A DNA stretch of 64,000 nucleotides from Podarcis vaucheri (taxonomy: Eukaryota). Location of the stretch: NCBI GenBank assembly GCA_965113315.1, contig OZ220372.1. One strand, 5' to 3'. Within the stretch, counting starts at the first letter, position 1. Every line of letters begins with the position of its first letter. Under the pieces are notes generated by a model. That model searched no databases and had not been told where the DNA came from. It worked only from the letters and a program-made list of their open reading frames with translations. Both the position numbers and the translations under genes were made by a program. Below are positions 55,527-64,000 of this stretch, one piece after another.

Positions 55527-55564
55527 GCGACGTTTCGACGAGGTCTCACTCGTCATCTTCAGGC
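55527..55564 (-). ncRNA. Minimal type I hammerhead ribozyme motif (3'-most copy)
   Basis: gc-CUGAAGA-U-GACGAG-ugagac-CUCGUC-GAAACGUC^gc: conserved core, 6-bp helix II, palindromic ACGU in place of helix III; helix I only 2 bp by eye. Confidence 0.75.
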
Positions 55565-55619
55565 TGGTGCTTTCGGCTTCTTGTTACTGGAACAGAGCAG
55601 AATCTGGTGTTTGAGTTCC

Positions 55620-55627
55620 TATAAATA
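55620..55627. promoter_or_regulatory. TATA-like box in the PLE spacer (also 58581-58588, 61542-61549)
   Basis: TATAAATA (+) / TATTTATA (-), 64 nt upstream of the ORF ATG in every unit. Confidence 0.45.
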
Positions 55628-55796
55628 CTGTTGAGGGGTGTGGTGTATAGCCTCCAACGTTCTGGGCAGAGAGGAAGTTCCTAGATTAGTGTGCCTTTTC
55701 TTCTTTTGTTCCTTAATTACTTGAGGGATATCTTGAGTGATTTCATGAGTGATATTCTGAATACCATTGGGTGGGTCATTAAGTGTAGATTAGTTG

Positions 55797-58517
55797 CTAA
55801 AGCTTTCGTGTCTTGACCTCTTGAGCTTGTGAAGAGTTTTTCTGAGAAGATGGCTGTGCTGCATTTAGTTGTGCTCTGGCTTGGCTTCGTGTATAGGGGC
55901 GAGCTGTAATTTTGTGCCTTGTGCCAGCCAGATCTGTGTAGGGATTGCAGGGGGGTGCAGCATCCGGAGGTGCCACTATAGTTTGGCTACTGGATGGAGT
56001 CTGTAATATGTCTGTGGAGAGGGTCTGGGTTTGGGTCTGGTGTGGTTGATTGGTGACGGCGTTCTGTGTGCCTCTGGTTCTGGTGTCGGTTTTTGTGGGG
56101 AGGGCTAATTTCCAGATGTCAGGCAGGCGGGACGTGTCGTCACGCTTGTTCATGTTGTGAGGGTGTTTCTCTATCTCGATGGCTTCCATGATTATTCTCT
56201 TGTGGTGATGTTCCATGTTAAAGAGCAATTTGGAATCTGCAAAATTAATTTCGTGTCCTGTTTCTTTCATGTGTTGGAAAAGAGAGGAAGTTTTTTCTTC
56301 TTTTTTGACGGCATTCTTGTGTTCTGCGATACGTGCATTTATTCGTCTGTTTGTTTGTCCAATGTACGTGGCTGGGCAGACTTTGCAGGGTATTTCATAG
56401 ACCCCTTGGTTTTCGAGCTGGATTTTGTCTTTTGGGTTTCTGAGGATATTGGCTATTTTTTGGTTGGTGCAGAAGGCTGTTTTGATATTGTGTTTATGGA
56501 GGATTTTGCTAATTTTGTCTGTAGTGCCCTTGATGTAAGGAAGGAGGGCCATGCCATTGTTTTCTTCTGTGTCTTGGTTTTTGGGGGGTGTTTCTTTTTG
56601 GATTAGCTTCGTAACCTTGTTTTTCTGGTATCCATTGGCGATTAACACATTTGAGAGATTCTGTAACTCAGTTGTCAAGTGGTCTTTGTCAGCCAGGCGT
56701 TTGGTTCTGGAGATGAGAGTCTTGGCTACGGAGTTTATTTGTGCAGGGTGGTGGTGTGATTGTGCATGTAAGTAGCGGTTGGTGTGTGTTTTTTTCCGGT
56801 AGATAGTGTGTCCTAGGGAGCCATCAGGTTTTTTGTAGATTAGGACGTCAAGAAAGGGGAGTTGGTTGTTGTCTTCTATTTCCATAGTGAATTGTATTTT
56901 GGGGTGTAGACTGTTGAGATGTGTGAGGAAGCTATCTAGTTTTTCTTTCCCGTGTGGCCAAATTACAAAGGTGTCGTCAACATATCTGAGCCAAAGTTTG
57001 GGTTTGTGTTCTGACTTGTCTAAAGCATTGGTTTCAAAGTGTTCCATGTACAAATTTGCGATGACCGGTGAGAGGGGTGATCCCATAGGTGCTCCTTCTA
57101 TCTGTTTGTATCTTTGTCCATTGTGGATGAAGTACGTGTTGGTTAGGCAGTGGTTGGTCAGGTCCAGAATGTATTTGGGGGGATTGTATTTGTTTTGAAT
57201 GGCTGTCAAGGCTTCATTAATGGGCACTTGAGTGAAGAGAGATACAACATCGAAGCTCACAAGTAGGTCATCGGGATGTAGGTATTGCTTCTTTATTGTT
57301 TCTATGAACTGGAAGGAGTTAGTAACGTGTGAAGCGATGGATTCTGCATAGGGCTGAAGTTGCTTAGCGAGAAATTTAGCGAGATTTTGTAGAGGTGAGC
57401 CTATGGAGCTGACTATTGGTCTGAGTGGTGTTCCTTCTTTGTGTATCTTGGGGAGACCGTAGAGTTTGGGGCATCTGGATGATTTTTCTCTGGGGATGAT
57501 TCTTAGCTGGATTTCTTCACTGATAGGAGAGGCTTTTATTTTGGATTTGGTGGTTTTTTCCAGATAGGTGGTGGGATCTGTTTTTATAGGTTGGTAGGTA
57601 GGGTCTTGGAGTAGATTTGATAGTTTTGCTTGGTAGTCCGATGTGTTCATCACAACAGTGGCGTTGCCTTTGTCTGCTGGGAGAATGATTATGTTGTTGT
57701 CTTTTCTCAGGTTGGTGAGTGCTTTCTGTTCTTCTTTGTGTAAATTGCTTCTGGGTGGTTTGCTGGAGCAGAGGATGTTGGTGACTTCAAGTCTGATTTT
57801 ATTGGCTTCATCTGGGTCGATTTTAGTCAGGCTAGCTTCGACTCCGCATATGATGTTTTCCGTGGGGATGCGTCTCGGGGCGACTGCAAAGTTGAAACCT
57901 TTGGAGAGTACTTTGGTTTCAGTTGGGGTGAGGATCCTGTCTGATATGTTATGTACTGTTTGTTTCATGGGTTGTTGTGGAGGGTGGCTGGGCTTCTGGC
58001 GTTTCTCTAGTTTGTAGAGTTTGTTGGTGTGTCTGTCTGTCTTATGTGAGGTCTCAGTTTCAGCTCTCCAGACGGCTAGTTGTTTGCATTTGTCCCAGAG
58101 TGCAGGGTGGATTTTGTTACATAGTTTGAGGTGAAGAGTGAGCAGATCTTTGTTGGTTTGGTTTAGTAGGTATCTTTTCTTATGTATTTCGTTTCTGATT
58201 AGGGATAGTTCAGTTCGTTTCAGGATCCTTTCGGTAGCTGGGGTTTTAGAGTGGAATTTAAGTTGGAAGCATGTGGGAGTTAAGTTGTTGTCTCGGCATT
58301 TGCGTAGGAACAGGAGATCACATAAGATGGTGGCTCTTCGGATTTCTAGTTTCTCGTAGGTTCTTGTCAGCTGGAAGGTTTCCTCCCCGTAGAGGTGAGA
58401 TATTTGCTTTCGTAGATTTTCACGGGTACAGGAATGCAGGTTTTGGTGTCTTCGGGTGTCTTCCCGTGTAAGAGTCGGGGTGTCTGGGCGACGTTTCGAC
58501 GAGGTCTCACTCGTCAT
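55797..58517 (-). CDS. PLE polyprotein, 906 aa: N-terminal domain, reverse transcriptase, GIY-YIG endonuclease (Penelope/Poseidon type)
   Basis: IILPADKGNATVVM, LYGLPKIHK..PLRPIVS, SFDVVSLFT, GAPMGSPLSP, WLRYVDDTF, LPFLDV, GVYEIPCKVC...YIGQT; no Cys-rich linker between RT and endonuclease. Confidence 0.97.
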   Translation of the reverse strand: MTSETSSKRRPDTPTLTREDTRRHQNLHSCTRENLRKQISHLYGEETFQLTRTYEKLEIRRATILCDLLFLRKCRDNNLTPTCFQLKFHSKTPATERILKRTELSLIRNEIHKKRYLLNQTNKDLLTLHLKLCNKIHPALWDKCKQLAVWRAETETSHKTDRHTNKLYKLEKRQKPSHPPQQPMKQTVHNISDRILTPTETKVLSKGFNFAVAPRRIPTENIICGVEASLTKIDPDEANKIRLEVTNILCSSKPPRSNLHKEEQKALTNLRKDNNIIILPADKGNATVVMNTSDYQAKLSNLLQDPTYQPIKTDPTTYLEKTTKSKIKASPISEEIQLRIIPREKSSRCPKLYGLPKIHKEGTPLRPIVSSIGSPLQNLAKFLAKQLQPYAESIASHVTNSFQFIETIKKQYLHPDDLLVSFDVVSLFTQVPINEALTAIQNKYNPPKYILDLTNHCLTNTYFIHNGQRYKQIEGAPMGSPLSPVIANLYMEHFETNALDKSEHKPKLWLRYVDDTFVIWPHGKEKLDSFLTHLNSLHPKIQFTMEIEDNNQLPFLDVLIYKKPDGSLGHTIYRKKTHTNRYLHAQSHHHPAQINSVAKTLISRTKRLADKDHLTTELQNLSNVLIANGYQKNKVTKLIQKETPPKNQDTEENNGMALLPYIKGTTDKISKILHKHNIKTAFCTNQKIANILRNPKDKIQLENQGVYEIPCKVCPATYIGQTNRRINARIAEHKNAVKKEEKTSSLFQHMKETGHEINFADSKLLFNMEHHHKRIIMEAIEIEKHPHNMNKRDDTSRLPDIWKLALPTKTDTRTRGTQNAVTNQPHQTQTQTLSTDILQTPSSSQTIVAPPDAAPPCNPYTDLAGTRHKITARPYTRSQARAQLNAAQPSSQKNSSQAQEVKTRKL

Positions 58518-58525
58518 CTTCAGGC
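58488..58525 (-). ncRNA. Minimal hammerhead ribozyme motif (middle copy)
   Basis: Identical to 55527-55564. Confidence 0.75.
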
Positions 58526-58757
58526 TGGTGCTTTCGGCTTCTTGTTACTGGAACAGAGCAGAATCTGGTGTTTGAGTTCCTATAAATACTGTTGAGGGGT
58601 GTGGTGTATAGCCTCCAACGTTCTGGGCAGAGAGGAAGTTCCTAGATTAGTGTGCCTTTTCTTCTTTTGTTCCTTAATTACTTGAGGGATATCTTGAGTG
58701 ATTTCATGAGTGATATTCTGAATACCATTGGGTGGGTCATTAAGTGTAGATTAGTTG

Positions 58758-61478
58758 CTAAGGCTTTCGTGTCTTGACCTCTTGAGCTTGTGAAGAGTTT
58801 TTCTGAGAAGATGGCTGTGCTGCATTTAGTTGTGCTCTGGCTTGGCTTCGTGTATAGGGGCGAGCTGTAATTTTGTGCCTTGTGCCAGCCAGATCTGTGT
58901 AGGGATTGCAGGGGGGTGCAGCATCCGGAGGTGCCACTATAGTTTGGCTACTGGATGGAGTCTGTAATATGTCTGTGGAGAGGGTCTGGGTTTGGGTCTG
59001 GTGTGGTTGATTGGTGACGGCGTTCTGTGTGCCTCTGGTTCTGGTGTCGGTTTTTGTGGGGAGGGCTAATTTCCAGATGTCAGGCAGGCGGGACGTGTCG
59101 TCACGCTTGTTCATGTTGTGAGGGTGTTTCTCTATCTCGATGGCTTCCATGATTATTCTCTTGTGGTGATGTTCCATGTTAAAGAGCAATTTGGAATCTG
59201 CAAAATTAATTTCGTGTCCTGTTTCTTTCATGTGTTGGAAAAGAGAGGAAGTTTTTTCTTCTTTTTTGACGGCATTCTTGTGTTCTGCGATACGTGCATT
59301 TATTCGTCTGTTTGTTTGTCCAATGTACGTGGCTGGGCAGACTTTGCAGGGTATTTCATAGACCCCTTGGTTTTCGAGCTGGATTTTGTCTTTTGGGTTT
59401 CTGAGGATATTGGCTATTTTTTGGTTGGTGCAGAAGGCTGTTTTGATATTGTGTTTATGGAGGATTTTGCTAATTTTGTCTGTAGTGCCCTTGATGTAAG
59501 GAAGGAGGGCCATGCCATTGTTTTCTTCTGTGTCTTGGTTTTTGGGGGGTGTTTCTTTTTGGATTAGCTTCGTAACCTTGTTTTTCTGGTATCCATTGGC
59601 GATTAACACATTTGAGAGATTCTGTAACTCAGTTGTCAAGTGGTCTTTGTCAGCCAGGCGTTTGGTTCTGGAGATGAGAGTCTTGGCTACGGAGTTTATT
59701 TGTGCAGGGTGGTGGTGTGATTGTGCATGTAAGTAGCGGTTGGTGTGTGTTTTTTTCCGGTAGATAGTGTGTCCTAGGGAGCCATCAGGTTTTTTGTAGA
59801 TTAGGACGTCAAGAAAGGGGAGTTGGTTGTTGTCTTCTATTTCCATAGTGAATTGTATTTTGGGGTGTAGACTGTTGAGATGTGTGAGGAAGCTATCTAG
59901 TTTTTCTTTCCCGTGTGGCCAAATTACAAAGGTGTCGTCAACATATCTGAGCCAAAGTTTGGGTTTGTGTTCTGACTTGTCTAAAGCATTGGTTTCAAAG
60001 TGTTCCATGTACAAATTTGCGATGACCGGTGAGTGGGGTGATCCCATAGGTGCTCCTTCTATCTGTTTGTATCTTTGTCCATTGTGGATGAAGTACGTGT
60101 TGGTTAGGCAGTGGTTGGTCAGGTCCAGAATGTATTTGGGGGGATTGTATTTGTTTTGAATGGCTGTCAAGGCTTCATTAATGGGCACTTGAGTGAAGAG
60201 AGATACAACATCGAAGCTCACAAGTAGGTCATCGGGATGTAGGTATTGCTTCTTTATTGTTTCTATGAACTGGAAGGAGTTAGTAACGTGTGAAGCGATG
60301 GATTCTGCATAGGGCTGAAGTTGCTTAGCGAGAAATTTAGCGAGATTTTGTAGAGGTGAGCCTATGGAGCTGACTATTGGTCTGAGTGGTGTTCCTTCTT
60401 TGTGTATCTTGGGGAGACCGTAGAGTTTGGGGCATCTGGATGATTTTTCTCTGGGGATGATTCTTAGCTGGATTTCTTCACTGATAGGAGAGGCTTTTAT
60501 TTTGGATTTGGTGGTTTTTTCCAGATAGGTGGTGGGATCTGTTTTTATAGGTTGGTAGGTAGGGTCTTGGAGTAGATTTGATAGTTTTGCTTGGTAGTCC
60601 GATGTGTTCATCACAACAGTGGCGTTGCCTTTGTCTGCTGGGAGAATGATTATGTTGTTGTCTTTTCTCAGGTTGGTGAGTGCTTTCTGTTCTTCTTTGT
60701 GTAAATTGCTTCTGGGTGGTTTGCTGGAGCAGAGGATGTTGGTGACTTCAAGTCTGATTTTATTGGCTTCATCTGGGTCGATTTTAGTCAGGCTAGCTTC
60801 GACTCCGCATATGATGTTTTCCGTGGGGATGCGTCTCGGGGCGACTGCAAAGTTGAAACCTTTGGAGAGTACTTTGGTTTCAGTTGGGGTGAGGATCCTG
60901 TCTGATATGTTATGTACTGTTTGTTTCATGGGTTGTTGTGGAGGGTGGCTGGGCTTCTGGCGTTTCTCTAGTTTGTAGAGTTTGTTGGTGTGTCTGTCTG
61001 TCTTATGTGAGGTCTCAGTTTCAGCTCTCCAGACGGCTAGTTGTTTGCATTTGTCCCAGAGTGCAGGGTGGATTTTGTTACATAGTTTGAGGTGAAGAGT
61101 GAGCAGATCTTTGTTGGTTTGGTTTAGTAGGTATCTTTTCTTATGTATTTCGTTTCTGATTAGGGATAGTTCAGTTCGTTTCAGGATCCTTTCGGTAGCT
61201 GGGGTTTTAGAGTGGAATTTAAGTTGGAAGCATGTGGGAGTTAAGTTGTTGTCTCGGCATTTGCGTAGGAACAGGAGATCACATAAGATGGTGGCTCTTC
61301 GGATTTCTAGTTTCTCGTAGGTTCTTGTCAGCTGGAAGGTTTCCTCCCCGTAGAGGTGAGATATTTGCTTTCGTAGATTTTCACGGGTACAGGAATGCAG
61401 GTTTTGGTGTCTTCGGGTGTCTTCCCGTGTAAGAGTCGGGGTGTCTGGGCGACGTTTCGACGAGGTCTCACTCGTCAT
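58758..61478 (-). CDS. PLE polyprotein, 906 aa, second tandem copy
   Basis: Same protein except GSPLSP to GSPHSP (nt 60034) and terminal L to P (nt 58762). Confidence 0.97.
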   Translation of the reverse strand: MTSETSSKRRPDTPTLTREDTRRHQNLHSCTRENLRKQISHLYGEETFQLTRTYEKLEIRRATILCDLLFLRKCRDNNLTPTCFQLKFHSKTPATERILKRTELSLIRNEIHKKRYLLNQTNKDLLTLHLKLCNKIHPALWDKCKQLAVWRAETETSHKTDRHTNKLYKLEKRQKPSHPPQQPMKQTVHNISDRILTPTETKVLSKGFNFAVAPRRIPTENIICGVEASLTKIDPDEANKIRLEVTNILCSSKPPRSNLHKEEQKALTNLRKDNNIIILPADKGNATVVMNTSDYQAKLSNLLQDPTYQPIKTDPTTYLEKTTKSKIKASPISEEIQLRIIPREKSSRCPKLYGLPKIHKEGTPLRPIVSSIGSPLQNLAKFLAKQLQPYAESIASHVTNSFQFIETIKKQYLHPDDLLVSFDVVSLFTQVPINEALTAIQNKYNPPKYILDLTNHCLTNTYFIHNGQRYKQIEGAPMGSPHSPVIANLYMEHFETNALDKSEHKPKLWLRYVDDTFVIWPHGKEKLDSFLTHLNSLHPKIQFTMEIEDNNQLPFLDVLIYKKPDGSLGHTIYRKKTHTNRYLHAQSHHHPAQINSVAKTLISRTKRLADKDHLTTELQNLSNVLIANGYQKNKVTKLIQKETPPKNQDTEENNGMALLPYIKGTTDKISKILHKHNIKTAFCTNQKIANILRNPKDKIQLENQGVYEIPCKVCPATYIGQTNRRINARIAEHKNAVKKEEKTSSLFQHMKETGHEINFADSKLLFNMEHHHKRIIMEAIEIEKHPHNMNKRDDTSRLPDIWKLALPTKTDTRTRGTQNAVTNQPHQTQTQTLSTDILQTPSSSQTIVAPPDAAPPCNPYTDLAGTRHKITARPYTRSQARAQLNAAQPSSQKNSSQAQEVKTRKP

Positions 61479-61486
61479 CTTCAGGC
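61449..61486 (-). ncRNA. Minimal hammerhead ribozyme motif (5'-most copy)
   Basis: Identical to 55527-55564. Confidence 0.75.
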
Positions 61487-62015
61487 TGGTGCTTTCGGCT
61501 TCTTGTTACTGGAACAGAGCAGAATCTGGTGTTTGAGTTCCTATAAATACTGTTGAGGGGTGTGGTGTATAGCCTCCAACGTTCTGGGCAGAGAGGAAGT
61601 TCCTAGATTAGTGTGCCTTTTCTTCTTTTGTTCCTTAATTACTTGAGGGATATCTTGAGTGATTTCATGAGTGATATTCTGAATACCATTGGGTGGGTCA
61701 TTAAGTGTAGATTAGTTGCTAAAGCTTTCGTGTCTTGACCTCTTGAGCTTGTGAAGAGTTTTTCTGAGAAGATGGCTGTGCTGCATTTAGTTGTGCTCTG
61801 GCTTGGCTTCGTGTATAGGGGCGAGCTGTAATTTTGTGCCTTGTGCCAGCCAGATCTGTGTAGGGATTGCAGGGGGGTGCAGCATCCGGAGGTGCCACTA
61901 TAGTTTGGCTACTGGATGGAGTCTGTAATATGTCTGTGGAGAGGGTCTGGGTTTGGGTCTGGTGTGGTTGATTGGTGACGGCGTTCTGTGTGCCTCTGGT
62001 TCTGGTTCTGGTTCT

Positions 62016-63916
62016 ACAACATAATCATTCTCCCAGCAGACAAAGGCAACGCCACTGTTGTGATGAACACATCGGACTACCAAGCAAAACTATCAAATCT
62101 ACTCCAAGACCCTACCTACCAACCTATAAAAACAGATCCCACCACCTATCTGGAAAAAACCACCAAATCCAAAATAAAAGCCTCTCCTATCAGTGAAGAA
62201 ATCCAGCTAAGAATCATCCCCAGAGAAAAATCATCCAGATGCCCCAAACTCTACGGTCTCCCCAAGATACACAAAGAAGGAACACCACTCAGACCAATAG
62301 TCAGCTCCATAGGCTCACCTCTACAAAATCTCGCTAAATTTCTCGCTAAGCAACTTCAGCCCTATGCAGAATCCATCGCTTCACACGTTACTAACTCCTT
62401 CCAGTTCATAGAAACAATAAAGAAGCAATACCTACATCCCGATGACCTACTTGTGAGCTTCGATGTTGTATCTCTCTTCACTCAAGTGCCCATTAATGAA
62501 GCCTTGACAGCCATTCAAAACAAATACAACCCCCCCAAATACATCCTGGACCTGACCAACCACTGCCTAACCAACACGTACTTCATCCACAATGGACAAA
62601 GATACAAACAGATAGAAGGAGCACCTATGGGATCACCCCTCTCACCGGTCATCGCAAATTTGTACATGGAACACTTTGAAACCAATGCTTTAGACAAGTC
62701 AGAACACAAACCCAAACTTTGGCTCAGATATGTTGACGACACCTTTGTAATTTGGCCACACGGGAAAGAAAAACTAGATAGCTTCCTCACACATCTCAAC
62801 AGCCTACACCCCAAAATACAATTCACTATGGAAATAGAAGACAACAACCAACTCCCCTTTCTTGACGTCCTAATCTACAAAAAACCTGATGGCTCCCTAG
62901 GACACACTATCTACCGGAAAAAAACACACACCAACCGCTACTTACATGCACAATCACACCACCACCCTGCACAAATAAACTCCGTAGCCAAGACTCTCAT
63001 CTCCAGAACCAAACGCCTGGCTGACAAAGACCACTTGACAACTGAGTTACAGAATCTCTCAAATGTGTTAATCGCCAATGGATACCAGAAAAACAGGGTT
63101 ACGAAGCTAATCCAAAAAGAAACACCCCCCAAAAACCAAGACACAGAAGAAAACAATGGCATGGCCCTCCTTCCTTATATCAAGGGCACTACAGACAAAA
63201 TCAGCAAAATCCTCCATAAACACAATATCAAAACAGCCTTCTGCACCAACCAAAAAATAGCCAATATCCTCAGAAACCCAAAAGACAAAATCCAGCTGGA
63301 AAACCAAGGGGTCTATGAAATACCCTGCAAAGTCTGCCCAGCCACGTACATTGGACAAACAAACAGACGAATAAATGCACGTATCGCAGAACACAAGAAT
63401 GCCGTCAAAAAAGAAGAAAAAACTTCCTCTCTTTTCCAACACATGAAAGAAACAGGACACGAAATTAATTTTGCAGATTCCAAATTGCTCTTTAACATGG
63501 AACATCACCACAAGAGAATAATCATGGAAGCCATCGAGATAGAGAAACACCCTCACAACATGAACAAGCGTGACGACACGTCCCGCCTGCCAGACATCTG
63601 GAAATTAGCCCTCCCCACAAAAACCGACACCAGAACCAGAGGCACACAGAACGCCGTCACCAATCAACCACACCAGACCCAAACCCAGACCCTCTCCACA
63701 GACATATTACAGACTCCATCCAGTAGCCAAACTATAGTGGCACCTCCGGATGCTGCACCCCCCTGCAATCCCTACACAGATCTGGCTGGCACAAGGCACA
63801 AAACCACAGCTCGCCCCTATACACGAAGCCAAGCCAGAGCACAACTAAATGCAGCACAGCCATCTTCTCAGAAAAACTCTTCACAAGCTCAAGAGGTCAA
63901 GACACGAAAGCTTTAG
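62016..63916 (+). pseudogene. 5'-truncated but uninterrupted PLE RT + GIY-YIG reading frame
   Basis: Starts at NIIILPADKG and keeps all RT and endonuclease motifs; lacks the first ~274 aa, promoter and native ATG. Confidence 0.85.
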
Positions 63917-64000
63917 CAACTAATCTACACTTAATGACCCACCCAATGGTATTCAGAATATCACTCATGAAATCACTCAAGATATCCCTCAAGTAATTAA
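62016..64000 (+). mobile_element. 5'-truncated inverted PLE copy, running off the window end
   Basis: Reverse complement of 58674-60658 with about 10 substitutions. Confidence 0.96.

Larger units (their letters stand above)
55444..62006 (-). mobile_element. Penelope-like retroelement tandem array, about 2.2 units of 2961 bp
   Basis: ORF starts at 55556, 58517 and 61478 (2961-bp period); 240-bp spacer; upstream partial unit (pLTR) 61479-62006; 3' tail 55444-55556 repeats the ORF start. Confidence 0.97.

Noticed and set aside
55320-55556. 78-aa ORF MTSETSS...HIYIYIY
   Set aside because: PLE 3' tail reading into the (AT)n tract; not a gene.
55557-58517. Unit length 2961 is divisible by 3, suggesting an endless ORF on a circle or a fused polyprotein
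   Set aside because: The spacer has in-frame stops (TAG, TAA six codons later, TAA ten codons before the ATG).
61988-62015. N-terminus MCLWFWFWFY of the 642-aa ORF
   Set aside because: The start is a GTG in antisense PLE sequence and WFWFWF is the translated TCTGGT junction repeat; not a real N-terminus.
56157-63556. Antisense ORFs of 61-149 aa repeated within PLE copies
   Set aside because: Shadows of the long ORF; they recur only because the DNA is duplicated.

Overview
Repeat-rich vertebrate genomic DNA. A Sauria-type SINE, a Squam3-type SINE, BovB, CR1 and L2 relics point to a squamate, probably a lizard. I could not recognise any host exon; 1-55 kb reads as intronic or intergenic DNA with MITEs (Tigger/pogo-like and hAT-like), SINEs, LINE fragments, two probable solo LTRs and microsatellites. 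The main feature is a very young Penelope-like element (PLE, Penelope/Poseidon type) locus at 55359-64000, inserted at a (TA)n tract. It has 2.2 head-to-tail units of 2961 bp on the minus strand with two intact 906-aa RT + GIY-YIG ORFs. These are joined head-to-head to a 5'-truncated plus-strand copy from a slightly different source, and tail-to-tail to a 52-bp inverted fragment. Each unit carries a minimal hammerhead ribozyme motif whose core contains the ORF start codon, with the predicted cleavage site inside codon 10. The inverted fragment's 5' end lies 4 nt from that site. PLEs with hammerheads are known; the coupling of cleavage, circularisation and translation proposed here is inference. 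Repeat family names come from recognition by eye, not from database searches.
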